Shown: positions 39,750-49,710 of the stretch, in pieces | How the letters are laid out: every line of letters starts with the position of its first letter | Numbering within the stretch: the first letter of the stretch is position 1 | Assembly (NCBI GenBank): GCA_963666425.2 | Contig: OY762825.2 | Location: 2,400,001-2,464,000 of the forward strand | Direction: 5' to 3' | DNA: 64,000 bases | Source: Bacillota bacterium | GTDB taxonomy: Bacteria > Bacillota > JAAYKD01 | Notes under the pieces: model-generated | Seen by the model: the letters and a program-made list of their open reading frames with translations, nothing else | What the model was told of the DNA's origin: nothing | Databases searched by the model: none | Translations under genes and position numbers: made by a program

Positions 39750-40897
39750 TGAAAAACAGGTATAAGAAAGATGTAAAACAAGAAATGGATCGCGCTTGGG
39801 CGGAAATCAGCAAAGAGAATCTAGCCCACAATGTAAGGCTTCTACGTAGTGTGTTGCCAGAGACGTGTGATATCATGGCCGTTGTGAAAGCAAACGCATA
39901 TGGGCATGGCGATCTAGAAATTTCAAGATACCTAAACTGTTTGGATATTCGTGCTTTTGCCGTAGCTACCATCGAAGAAGGAATCCGACTACGTCAAAAA
40001 GGAGTTACAGGCGAGATACTTATTTTAGGTTATACGCCAGCTTCAAGAGCCTCCGAACTTTTTTATTTTCAACTGTCTCAGACGGTAGTTGATGCGGAGC
40101 ATGCGAAAGACCTGAATCGTTTTAGCAATTCACTGCAAGTTCATGTGAAAGTAAACACAGGTATGAACCGGCAAGGAGTTGATTTTAACCACTTGAATGA
40201 AATTATCTCCATATTTGCTTGTAAAAACCTTAGAATCAACGGGATTTTTACTCATCTATGCGTATCGGACAGTAATGAAACGGATGATATTGCTTTTACA
40301 AATCAACAGATTCAAGATTTTTTCGTGCTGCTGGAATGCTTGAAAAATGAAAATATTAAAATTCCAAAAATTCACATTCAAAGCAGTTATGGCATCCTGA
40401 ATTATCCCGGGCTTCCATGTGATTATGCCAGAATTGGTATTGCGCTTTACGGAATGTTGAGTGACCGAAGTGATCTGACCAAATTGTCATTGGATTTGAA
40501 ACCGATATTATCGTTGAAATCCAAGGTGTCGATGGTCAGAACCATCAAAATTGGTGAGAGCGTAGGATATGGTAGGGAATTTATCGCGAGCAAAAATTCA
40601 ATAATCGCTGTTGTTTCGATTGGCTTTGCAGATGGTATACCCCGCAATCTATCAACAGGAAAAGGTTCTGTTTTAATCAGGGGACACAAAATGCTGATTG
40701 TCGGTCGCATATGCATGGATCAATTAATGGTCGATGTCACTGGATTTACGGATATCGCCAGGGGAGATATCGTTACGCTGATCGGCAAGGATGGTACTGA
40801 AGAAATCCGAGCCGATCAGATGGCGGAATCTGCCGGGACAATTACGAACGAATTGCTCAGCAGATTAGGTAGTCGTCTGGAAAGGATATTTTTCTAA
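39749..40897 (+). CDS. vanT: Serine racemase, VanT catalytic domain only (no membrane domain)
   Basis: AVVKANAYGHG (PLP Lys), HIQSSYG, ESVGYG, GRICMDQ, and TITNELLSRLG (Asn where Alr has Tyr). TAATG coupling to vanXY. Confidence 0.85.
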   Translation: MKNRYKKDVKQEMDRAWAEISKENLAHNVRLLRSVLPETCDIMAVVKANAYGHGDLEISRYLNCLDIRAFAVATIEEGIRLRQKGVTGEILILGYTPASRASELFYFQLSQTVVDAEHAKDLNRFSNSLQVHVKVNTGMNRQGVDFNHLNEIISIFACKNLRINGIFTHLCVSDSNETDDIAFTNQQIQDFFVLLECLKNENIKIPKIHIQSSYGILNYPGLPCDYARIGIALYGMLSDRSDLTKLSLDLKPILSLKSKVSMVRTIKIGESVGYGREFIASKNSIIAVVSIGFADGIPRNLSTGKGSVLIRGHKMLIVGRICMDQLMVDVTGFTDIARGDIVTLIGKDGTEEIRADQMAESAGTITNELLSRLGSRLERIFF

Positions 40898-41061
40898 TCT
40901 GAATTTGCCAACAGAGAATCATCAGGAGAATACTGGATGCAATTAAAATGTGTTTCTACTATTATTTTACTTGACTAAACCAAGCTTACCGATTATTATA
41001 TTTTTGTTATGATCTAAAATAAAAACGAACAAAAATATGTGATTATGAAAGCAGGTTTCCA

Positions 41062-41736
41062 ATGAAAATACTTTGTGTTTCCGCTTCCAATACGAAGCGT
41101 ATGGGAGAAAACAGCGCTTCAACAAAAGTTTGTCATCTTATTTCGGATTTGATCATCCAGGAATTCAATTCGACAACAGAGGTGGAGACCATTGCTTTAG
41201 CTGCCTATGATTTGCGGACCTGCAATCTTTGCGGTGATTGCAGCAGCACAAACAAATGTCTCTATGATGCGGATTTCAATCTGCTTTATGATAAACTTGC
41301 CAAAGCGGACGCTATTTTTTGGGTAGTACCGCATTATTCACCCATACCGGCAAAATTGATTATTTGTTTCGAGAAAATCAATGAGATTTCTTATGCCTCA
41401 TGGTCGAAAAACAGCAGGTATCGCACACCGTTTCATCATAAAGTAACTGCGGTAATCGGGCATGGTGGCATGCCGGAAAGCGCAGAAGTGCTGCAATATT
41501 ATCATGATAAGTTAGTTGCTCCGGTAGCCGATATTTTAACCTCTTTATCGTTTCATATTGTTCCCGGCAACCATTTGTTGCCGAAAGGGGTTGCTTTTGG
41601 CTTAGCCGATGGGAACTGCATTGTCAAAGCCGAGCAGAAGGTATTTCCGGATATCATTCAGGATTATACAATGATACGGGAAAGAGTCAGACCGTTAGTC
41701 AAGAATGTGATGGAAGAATTATCGGCAAAAATGTAA
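41062..41736 (+). CDS. Flavodoxin-fold NADPH-dependent FMN reductase / iron-sulfur flavoprotein-like protein
   Basis: MKILCVSAS, CNLCGDC...C, ADAIFWVVPHY. Confidence 0.75.
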   Translation: MKILCVSASNTKRMGENSASTKVCHLISDLIIQEFNSTTEVETIALAAYDLRTCNLCGDCSSTNKCLYDADFNLLYDKLAKADAIFWVVPHYSPIPAKLIICFEKINEISYASWSKNSRYRTPFHHKVTAVIGHGGMPESAEVLQYYHDKLVAPVADILTSLSFHIVPGNHLLPKGVAFGLADGNCIVKAEQKVFPDIIQDYTMIRERVRPLVKNVMEELSAKM

Positions 41737-41784
41737 ATAAAGCGCAGCTGGAAGGAATCTCTTGCCGCTTCTTCACTGAAAATA

Positions 41785-41818
41785 GAAAGCACCTCATCAG
41801 CGAGGTGCTTTTTTCTAT
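41785..41818 (+). terminator. Intrinsic terminator
   Basis: AAAGCACCTC-ATCAGC-GAGGTGCTTT followed by Ts. Confidence 0.75.
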
Positions 41819-42087
41819 CGTTGCGCATATGCATCAATCAGGAAGATCGTTTGTTAAAAAGGTTTTGCTTTTCTTCAACACCGCTAAAATTTCGGAAATT
41901 CTCCGCTTGTTCAGCAGCGAATGAAATCATTGATAACCGTATCGATGCCTGCTTTTTTCGTAAAAGGATTGATCCATTGGATGATCCCTTGCTTACTTAC
42001 TTTTAAGCCTTTGGCTTGGCAAAGATTGATCAAGATGGAGGAAGACCGCTGTTTAAAAAAAATTTTTCGAAACCAACGAGTAAACCC

Positions 42088-42118
42088 TTGACTTAGAGTG
42101 AACTCCAGGTGATATGCT
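42088..42118 (+). promoter_or_regulatory. MerR-type promoter (19-bp spacer with dyad)
   Basis: TTGACT-TAGAGTGAACTCCAGGTGA-TATGCT with a GAGT/ACTC dyad. A MerR gene ends the operon. Confidence 0.8.
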
Positions 42119-42149
42119 CCCATCAACAAGCAGAAAGAAGGAGAACAAG

Positions 42150-43244
42150 ATGAAGAATTTTGGTTTTGGTTGTATGCGGCTGCCCATGAAAGATGGAGTG
42201 GTTGAAATTGCGCAATTCAGCAACATGGTTGACCGTTTTTTGGCAGAAGGATTCACCTATTTCGATACGGCTCATGGCTATTTAGGAGGGAAAAGTGAGC
42301 TTGCCCTGCGGGATTGTCTGACCAGCCGCTATCCCCGCCAAGCCTACCAGTTGACGAATAAACTGAGCACGAATTTCTTCAACATTGAGGCGGATATTCG
42401 ACCGCTCTTTGAAAATCAACTGCAGGCGTGCGGTGTAGAATATTTTGACTATTACCTGATGCACGCACAGACAGCGGACAATTATCAGAAATTTGTCGAT
42501 TGCGGCGCTTATCGTATTGCGGAAGAACTAAAATCGGAAGGAAAAGTAAAGCATATCGGTCTCTCTTTTCACGATAAAGCAACTGTTTTACAGCGTATTC
42601 TCTCCGAACAACCTGAAATCGAAGTTGTTCAGCTGCAACTAAATTATGTGGATTACGATAATTCCAGCATAGAGGGCGGCAAGTGCTTGGCAGTTTGCCG
42701 CGAATTTAAAAAGCCTGTCATCGTTATGGAACCCGTCAAGGGGGGCAGCCTGGTCAATTTGCCGGATGAAGCCAAGGAAATTTTGGACGAACTGGCAGGC
42801 GGAAGTTATGCCAGTTACGCAGTCCGTTATGCGGCTTCTCTGGAGGGGATTTTATTAGTGCTTTCCGGTATGAGCAATCTAGCGCAATTAGAGGATAATA
42901 TCAGTTATATGAAGGAATTCAAACCACTGACGCCTGCCGAATTTGTAGCGATTGACCAAGTCAGCACAATTTTCAAAAAGCAGGACCTGATCCCTTGCAC
43001 AGCCTGTCAATATTGCATAGATGGCTGCCCAATGAAAATAGCAATTCCTGATTTATTCGCTTGCATGAATGCCAAACAGCAATTTAAGGATTGGAACAGC
43101 AGCTTTTACTACAATGTGCATATTCAAAACGCCGGGAAAGCGTCGGATTGTATCCAATGCGGCAAATGTGAAACAGCCTGCCCGCAACATTTGGAAATAC
43201 GTAAATTGCTTGTGGATGTGGCAGCAAATTTTGAGAATAAATAA
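42150..43244 (+). CDS. Aldo/keto reductase with a C-terminal 4Fe-4S dicluster domain
   Basis: GFGCMRLP, YFDTAHGY, DYYLMH, MEPVKGG, CTACQYCIDGCP, CIQCGKCETACP. Confidence 0.92.
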   Translation: MKNFGFGCMRLPMKDGVVEIAQFSNMVDRFLAEGFTYFDTAHGYLGGKSELALRDCLTSRYPRQAYQLTNKLSTNFFNIEADIRPLFENQLQACGVEYFDYYLMHAQTADNYQKFVDCGAYRIAEELKSEGKVKHIGLSFHDKATVLQRILSEQPEIEVVQLQLNYVDYDNSSIEGGKCLAVCREFKKPVIVMEPVKGGSLVNLPDEAKEILDELAGGSYASYAVRYAASLEGILLVLSGMSNLAQLEDNISYMKEFKPLTPAEFVAIDQVSTIFKKQDLIPCTACQYCIDGCPMKIAIPDLFACMNAKQQFKDWNSSFYYNVHIQNAGKASDCIQCGKCETACPQHLEIRKLLVDVAANFENK

Positions 43245-43289
43245 GCATCACTAGTGGGATAATCTAATTCCAGAATGGAGGATATGAGA

Positions 43290-43820
43290 ATGGAACTGAA
43301 CAATAAAAAGTGTCTGATTGCATTTTTCTCGCATAAGGGTTACAATTACCTGAATGGTAGCATCGTCAATTTGCCGATCGGCAACACACAAATCATGGCA
43401 GAAACGATTGCCCGGATGACCGGCGGTGATTTGTTTGAAATCACTGCCACAGCGGAATATCCTATCGAATACAAAGCATGCACGGAAGTCGCAAAAAAAG
43501 AAAAAGAAGCAAATGTGCGGCCGGAACTGGTTGTAAAAGTAGAAAACATTGCTGATTACGATGTTGTCTTCCTGGGTTACCCCAATTGGTGGGGAACCTG
43601 TCCTATGCCGGTATTTACATTTTTAAATACATATCATTTATCTGAAGTGACGATGATTCCTTTCTGTACCCATGAGGGCAGCGGGTTCGGTGTGAGCGAG
43701 CAAGAGATCAAAAACGTAATGCCGACAGTACATTTGTTGAAAGGATTGGCACTGCGAGGCAGTATGGTGAAAGATGCAGAGGTTGAAATCGCGAATTGGC
43801 TGGAGAATTTGAAAAAGTGA
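43290..43820 (+). CDS. Flavodoxin
   Basis: LIAFFS..G.N, GNTQ, LGYPNWWG, PFCTHEGSG. Confidence 0.9.
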   Translation: MELNNKKCLIAFFSHKGYNYLNGSIVNLPIGNTQIMAETIARMTGGDLFEITATAEYPIEYKACTEVAKKEKEANVRPELVVKVENIADYDVVFLGYPNWWGTCPMPVFTFLNTYHLSEVTMIPFCTHEGSGFGVSEQEIKNVMPTVHLLKGLALRGSMVKDAEVEIANWLENLKK

Positions 43821-43830
43821 GGTCAAAACC

Positions 43831-44205
43831 ATGACCATAGCCGAGGTAGTTAAAAAATACGATCTATCAGCCGACACACTGCGTTACTATGAGCATATCG
43901 GTATGATCCCAGTGGTGCAGCGCACAACCGGCGGTTTGCGTGATTACAGCGAAGCGGACTGTAAATGGATAGAACTTGCCAAGTGTATGAGAAGTGCGGG
44001 ACTGCCGGTGAAAGGGATGAGCGAATATGTCAGGCTAACCCAGCAGGGAGACGAAACGATCCCCGCCCGCCGACAACTTCTCATTGGACAGCGTGAGCAA
44101 CTTGAAGCTCAAAAACAAGCGATAGAAATTATCCTGGTACGCTTGGAGTATAAAATATCCCGTTATGAGGAAGCAATGAAAACCGGTGTATTGACTTGGG
44201 AATAA
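43831..44205 (+). CDS. MerR-family regulator (AdhR-like)
   Basis: MTIAEV...TLRYYEHIG...R...G.RDY...WIELAKCMRSAG. Confidence 0.92.
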   Translation: MTIAEVVKKYDLSADTLRYYEHIGMIPVVQRTTGGLRDYSEADCKWIELAKCMRSAGLPVKGMSEYVRLTQQGDETIPARRQLLIGQREQLEAQKQAIEIILVRLEYKISRYEEAMKTGVLTWE

Positions 44206-44311
44206 GCATCTGAAATAGCAAACTTTGCAACTCCGCTTTCTTGAGTAAAATACAAGAATCGGTGCTGAGGAATCGCCGGAATCAGAACAGCATGAAAAGT
44301 CGATGATGGTT

Positions 44312-44352
44312 AAAAAAACAGGATTGTTGGTTTTATCGGCAATCCTGTTTTT
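44312..44352. terminator. Intrinsic terminator
   Basis: AAAAACAGGATTGTTGGT...ATCGGCAATCCTGTTTTT. Confidence 0.65.
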
Positions 44353-44630
44353 GATGCCATTTTTCAGTTTACTGCAGCAAAGCTGCGTTATTCTAAAAAG
44401 CTCCTATATTAAGGCTGCTTTGCAGGTTCATTAAATACTGGACAGCAGCAGTCGCTTAATTTTTCCATTATCCTTTTCAAACTGAAAATATTTTCAGCTT
44501 GACAGTGTTTATTTGTGGTGCTATGATATCGCCTTGTAAAAGAAAGATCTTTCATTATTTTCCATTCAAAAATCCTCTGGTAATCGAAATTGACTCGAAA
44601 AACGGTATTCTTGAAAGGGGTATTTATTTT

Positions 44631-46592
44631 ATGTTTTATATTTCACTGATCATCGGGTTAATTGCTATAGTGGTCGCTTTTGGACTGCTTTACACAATTA
44701 AGCAAGAACCGCAAGTATCGCCGCAAATTGCTGAAATCGCGGGTTATATTGCAACTGGTGCCAGAGCCTATCTCAAGAGGCAGATTAAAACGATTACCTT
44801 AGTGACACCATTGCTTTTCTTGGTGCTTTTTTGGCTTTACGATTGGAGAGTCGCCGCTGTTTCCGTTTTGGGTGTGTTTACATCCCTTTTAGGATCAGTG
44901 ATTGGCATGGCTGCAGCTACGATGGCCAATTCAAAAGTAACCAGCGCCTGCGCAAAATCTTCCGACCGAGCGTTTCGTTTAGCGGTATTGGGAGGTTCTA
45001 TCACGGGCTTTTCCGTTACCGGTATCTCTGTCTTGGTTATGAGTATCCTTTATTTGGTCTTTAAAGATTACGAAATGGTTGTTGGCTTTGGCTTTGGTGC
45101 CAGCTTAGCCGCCCTCTTTGCCCAAATCGGCGGTGGCATCTTTACCAAATCTGCTGATATCGGTGCGGATTTAGTTGGCAAAGTAGAAAACAATCTGCCG
45201 GAAGATGATCCGAGAAATCCTGCGGTCATTGCCGATTTGGTTGGTGATAACGTGGGAGACTGTGCGGGTCGCGGAGCCGATTTATTCCAGAGCATCAGCA
45301 CGGATATTATTACAGGAACCCTGGTTGCTTCTACTATGGTAGATAAATATGGTCCCAAAGTAATATACTTCACCTTGATCATCCAAGCGGTGGGAATTTT
45401 AGCTTCTATGTTCGGTATTTCTATTACGAAAATCTGGAATAAAAACATGAAACCGGATTCTGCTTTTAATATGGGTTTGGTTATCACAGCAATCGTTGCT
45501 GCTTTAGCTGGCTTCGTTGTTGTAAAGCTGCTATTACCGGATATCTATGTTTGGGTTGGTTTGCTTTTAGGCATCGCAATTACTTTGATCTCTACGGTCA
45601 GCACGAGATATTATGCAGGCATGGGAGGCAAGCCGGTAAGAGAACTGGCGGAAGCCTCCAAGCGTGGCCCAGCCATTAATATCATCGTTGGTCTGAGCAA
45701 TGGCTTGCAGAGCCCGATTGCTTCCGTCGTGATGATCGTGCTTGCCATCATCGCTGCCTATACGATGTCCGGTGGTTCGCTCTTCATTATCGTTGCAGTG
45801 AACTTGGGCACGGATTTATTGATTGCCTATATTATGGCTGCGGATACCTTTGGCCCGATTACAGATAATGCTTCCGGTATCGCCGAAATGTCGCATGCTC
45901 CGGAAGAATTGGTTGAAAAACTTTCTTCCCTCGATTCCGTTGGCAATACGATGAAGGCGATTACAAAATCCTATTCCATGTCTTCGGGAACCGTCACCTC
46001 TTTTGTTAGTTTTACCGTCTTTTTCTCCATCACGAAAAATAGTGTATTGGATGTTTCGAATCCCTATGTGACGGGATTTATGCTGATCGGAATTGCTTTG
46101 CCCTTCTTAATTGCTTCTCTGACCATCAAAGGCACTGCCAAAGGTGCTTTCTTGATGGTGGATGAAGTGAGAAGACAGTTCAAAGAAATTAAAGGTCTTT
46201 TGGAGGGAACTGCCAAAGCCGACTATGCCCGCTGCATCGACATCACCACCAAAAACGCTTTGAAAGAAATGGTTCTTCCCGGAATTGTCAGTGTTTTTGT
46301 CCCGGTTGCGGTTGGTTTTGCTTTTGGCGCGCAGGCGCTTGGCCCTCTGCTGATTGGTGCCATCCTATCCTCCGCCATGTTGGGACCATTCTTCAATAAC
46401 ACAGGCACTGCTTTTGATAATGCCAAGAAATTAATTCAGGAAGACAGAGCACTAAAAGGGACTCCGCAACTGCAAGCTGCCATTATTGGTGATACGGTTG
46501 GTGATCCGATGAAGGACGTAGCCGGACCTTCCATCCTGATCTTTATGAAATTAGTTGGTATGACTGCGCTGCTGATCGCTCCTTTGATTTAG
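44631..46592 (+). CDS. hppA: Membrane-bound ion-pumping pyrophosphatase, predicted K+-independent
   Basis: GGGIFTKSADIGADLVGKVE, EDDPRNPAVIADLVGDNVGD, GPITDNASG, GNTMKA, GDTVGDPMKD. Confidence 0.9.
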   Translation: MFYISLIIGLIAIVVAFGLLYTIKQEPQVSPQIAEIAGYIATGARAYLKRQIKTITLVTPLLFLVLFWLYDWRVAAVSVLGVFTSLLGSVIGMAAATMANSKVTSACAKSSDRAFRLAVLGGSITGFSVTGISVLVMSILYLVFKDYEMVVGFGFGASLAALFAQIGGGIFTKSADIGADLVGKVENNLPEDDPRNPAVIADLVGDNVGDCAGRGADLFQSISTDIITGTLVASTMVDKYGPKVIYFTLIIQAVGILASMFGISITKIWNKNMKPDSAFNMGLVITAIVAALAGFVVVKLLLPDIYVWVGLLLGIAITLISTVSTRYYAGMGGKPVRELAEASKRGPAINIIVGLSNGLQSPIASVVMIVLAIIAAYTMSGGSLFIIVAVNLGTDLLIAYIMAADTFGPITDNASGIAEMSHAPEELVEKLSSLDSVGNTMKAITKSYSMSSGTVTSFVSFTVFFSITKNSVLDVSNPYVTGFMLIGIALPFLIASLTIKGTAKGAFLMVDEVRRQFKEIKGLLEGTAKADYARCIDITTKNALKEMVLPGIVSVFVPVAVGFAFGAQALGPLLIGAILSSAMLGPFFNNTGTAFDNAKKLIQEDRALKGTPQLQAAIIGDTVGDPMKDVAGPSILIFMKLVGMTALLIAPLI

Positions 46593-46681
46593 TTGCTCTG
46601 ATCATCTGCTCGCAGCATGTGAGCGTCGATTTTTCAAAAGAATAAAGCATTTATAATCTCCGATAATCCATTGGATTAGTC

Positions 46682-46718
46682 AAAGGCGATGTCGCACATT
46701 ACGGCATCGCCTTTTTTA
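46682..46718 (+). terminator. Intrinsic terminator after hppA
   Basis: AAAGGCGATGTCG...CGGCATCGCCTTT followed by Ts. Confidence 0.75.
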
Positions 46719-46883
46719 TTTTTTTCGTAGGTTCACCTGATGATTCTTATTGCTAAAATGTAGTAAATAGAGTAAAATGGAGATGTTGCTGCGATCGGAT
46801 TCTCCGTTGTTTTGAAATAAATCAAAGAATTTTCTAAAATGATCAAGGCACAGCTTATTTTGCCAAGAAGGAGGGGACTGAAA

Positions 46884-49283
46884 ATGTCAAATGAAACGCG
46901 GCAATCTGGAAGCGAAGAAAAGGGAGCTCTCACAGAGGCTTACCTCAGCCGCATGAATGCATATTGGCGTGCGGCTAATTATCTGGCGGTAGGACAGCTC
47001 TATTTATTGGATAACCCCCTGCTGAAAAAACCTCTTGCAACAGAGCATATCAAAAAGACAATCGTCGGGCATTGGGGAACGGTACCGGGGCAAAGCTTTG
47101 TCTATACGCATCTAAACCGTGTCATAAAAAAATACGACCTGGATTTACTCTTAATCTCAGGTCCAGGTCATGGTGGTAACTTCTTTGTAGCTCATACCTA
47201 TTTGGAAGGCAGTTACAGTGAAGTCTATCCGAATATCAGCCAAGATGAAGCGGGCATGAAAAAGCTGTTTAAGCAGTTTTCTTTTCCCGGCGGGATCTCC
47301 AGTCATGTCGCCCCGGAAACGCCAGGATCGATTCACGAAGGCGGCGAGCTGGGTTATTCGATTGCCCATGCGTTTGGTGCGGTGTTTGATAATCCGGGCT
47401 TAATCGCCGCCTGTATTGTGGGTGATGGGGAAGCGGAAACAGGCGCACTTGCCACGTCTTGGCATTCCAATAAATTCCTCAACGCCATTCACGATGGTGC
47501 TGTTTTGCCAATTCTGCATCTCAATGGTTATAAAATCAGCAATCCAACTGTTTTTGCCCGAATGTCAGCGGAGGAAATTCGAAAATTCTTTGAAGGCTGC
47601 GGTTGGAAACCCTATTTTGTCGAGGGTGATGACCCAATGCCAATGCATCGAACGATGGCAGCTACACTAGATACTGTCATTGAGGAGATTTTAGCGATTC
47701 AAAAACAGGCGCGCAAGACAGGTGATACCACAAGACCCTTGTGGCCAATGATCATCCTTCGCAGCCCCAAAGGCTGGACCGGACCGAAAATGGTGGATGG
47801 TCAACAGATGGAGGGCAGCTTTCGGGCACATCAAATTCCTCTCACGATGCAAAAGCCGGAGCATCTGGCCTTACTGGAAACATGGCTGGCTAGCTATCAT
47901 CCGGAAGAACTATTCGATTCTCAAGGACGCTTGATTGCAGAACTGGCTGATTTGGCTCCGAGAGGCGACAGCAGAATTGGTGCGAATCCGCATACCAACG
48001 GCGGTAAGTTACTCAGAGACCTGCGTTTACCGGATTTCCGCGATTATGCAATTGAAATCCCACGGCCGGGAGCAGTTGCAGCCCAGGATATGGCGGTCTT
48101 GGGGGGATTTGTGCGTGACATCTTCAGTTTGAATGCAGAAAGTAAAAATTTCCGGATCTTTGGACCGGATGAAACCATGTCCAATCGTTTGAATAAAGTA
48201 TTTGAGGTGACAAACCGCACCTGGGATGCTGAGCAGAACGAACAGGATGAATTTTTGGCGAGCGATGGACGAGTGATGGACGCTATGCTGAGTGAGCATC
48301 TCTGCGAAGGCTGGTTGGAAGGGTATTTATTAACCGGACGTCATGGTTTCTTCGCCAGTTATGAAGCCTTTATCCGCATTATTGATTCGATGGCTGCTCA
48401 GCATGCCAAATGGCTGAAAGTCTGCAACCAACTGCCCTGGCGGCAAAAGATAGCCTCTTTGAATCTGATCCTGAGCTCAAATGTATGGCAGCAGGACCAT
48501 AACGGCTTCACGCATCAGGACCCGGGCTTCCTTGATCATATTGCCAATAAAAAAGCAGATGTTGTCCGCATCTATCTGCCGCCTGATACCAACTGTCTAT
48601 TATCCGTTTTTGATCACTGTATCAGAAGCAAAAACTATGTCAATGTGATGGTAACTTCCAAGCATCCGCGTCCGCAATGGCTGAGCATGACGGAAGCCGT
48701 GCAGCATTGTTCACAAGGCATTGGTATCTGGGACTGGGCTAGCAACGATCAAGGGCAGGAACCGGATATCGTCTTAGCTTGCTGTGGCGACACACCTACG
48801 CTGGAAACCTTAGCTGCTGTAACGATCCTGCGGGATAATATGCCGGAGATCAAAATTCGGGTGATTAATGTAGTGGATTTGATGAAATTGCAGCCGAGCA
48901 ATCAGCATTCTCATGGCTTATCGGATGCGGAGTATGATCTGCTCTTTACCAAAGATAAACCGATTATCTTTGCTTTCCATGGTTACCCTAAACTGATTCA
49001 CGAACTGACCTATCATCGTCACAATCGCAATCTGCATGTCTGCGGCTATCGCGAAGAAGGTACCATTACAACGCCGTTTGACATGCGTGTGCAGAACGAA
49101 ATGGATCGTTTTGATCTGGTCAAAAAAGTCATCCTGCGCCTGCCGCAATTGGGCAATCGAGGCGCTTATCTGGTGCAGCAGATGAACGATAAACTGGTGG
49201 AACATGAACAGTATACCCATGCCAATGGTCAAGATCTGGATGAAGTCGTCAATTGGCAATGGCATCTGCCAGAGATTGAATAA
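46884..49283 (+). CDS. xfp: Xylulose-5-P/fructose-6-P phosphoketolase
   Basis: [51 protein letters not shown]. Confidence 0.96.
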   Translation: MSNETRQSGSEEKGALTEAYLSRMNAYWRAANYLAVGQLYLLDNPLLKKPLATEHIKKTIVGHWGTVPGQSFVYTHLNRVIKKYDLDLLLISGPGHGGNFFVAHTYLEGSYSEVYPNISQDEAGMKKLFKQFSFPGGISSHVAPETPGSIHEGGELGYSIAHAFGAVFDNPGLIAACIVGDGEAETGALATSWHSNKFLNAIHDGAVLPILHLNGYKISNPTVFARMSAEEIRKFFEGCGWKPYFVEGDDPMPMHRTMAATLDTVIEEILAIQKQARKTGDTTRPLWPMIILRSPKGWTGPKMVDGQQMEGSFRAHQIPLTMQKPEHLALLETWLASYHPEELFDSQGRLIAELADLAPRGDSRIGANPHTNGGKLLRDLRLPDFRDYAIEIPRPGAVAAQDMAVLGGFVRDIFSLNAESKNFRIFGPDETMSNRLNKVFEVTNRTWDAEQNEQDEFLASDGRVMDAMLSEHLCEGWLEGYLLTGRHGFFASYEAFIRIIDSMAAQHAKWLKVCNQLPWRQKIASLNLILSSNVWQQDHNGFTHQDPGFLDHIANKKADVVRIYLPPDTNCLLSVFDHCIRSKNYVNVMVTSKHPRPQWLSMTEAVQHCSQGIGIWDWASNDQGQEPDIVLACCGDTPTLETLAAVTILRDNMPEIKIRVINVVDLMKLQPSNQHSHGLSDAEYDLLFTKDKPIIFAFHGYPKLIHELTYHRHNRNLHVCGYREEGTITTPFDMRVQNEMDRFDLVKKVILRLPQLGNRGAYLVQQMNDKLVEHEQYTHANGQDLDEVVNWQWHLPEIE

Positions 49284-49475
49284 TTGATTGCATCTCTGGC
49301 ACTCATCCAAAAAAACCATGATTGAAGTGATAGAAGTATATTTACCGGGGACGAATGCGAGCCATCGTATTCCTTAACTCATTACCTATTTTTAGATGAT
49401 TGATTAAAAAAAATCCTTCTGAATTAATAATATATAAAGGAACGAAACAGGAGAATAGCGAATATGACATAATTC

Positions 49476-49511
49476 AGAACCTGCATTTTCAGTATACTGA
49501 ATGCAGGTTCT
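49476..49511. terminator. Hairpin between xfp and the second adhesin gene
   Basis: AGAACCTGCATT-TTCAGTATACTG-AATGCAGGTTCT. Confidence 0.55.
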
Positions 49512-49710
49512 TCTATGAATAGTGATTTTATCAAATCCTGTATTATGAAGGAGATGAGGAACCGGAAAGTAATTTCATACGCGATGAGCAAGGGGATTCA
49601 CGGATTATTTGATTGTGATGATTCATTTTAGTGATGATCTGGCTTTATTGAGAGGTAACCGGAAATAGCGTGTAAGGATTATTCCACTACGAATTTAAGG
49701 GGATGAGATA

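Noticed and set aside
41821-42060. Short ORFs or a gene remnant between the flavoprotein and the AKR operon
   Set aside because: No RBS and no recognisable motif on either strand.
49310-49380. c-di-GMP-II riboswitch upstream of adhesin 2
   Set aside because: Only superficial similarity (GAAGTATA...GGGGAC...GAGCCA). The GGGCAC/GTGC pseudoknot pairing and P1 could not be built.
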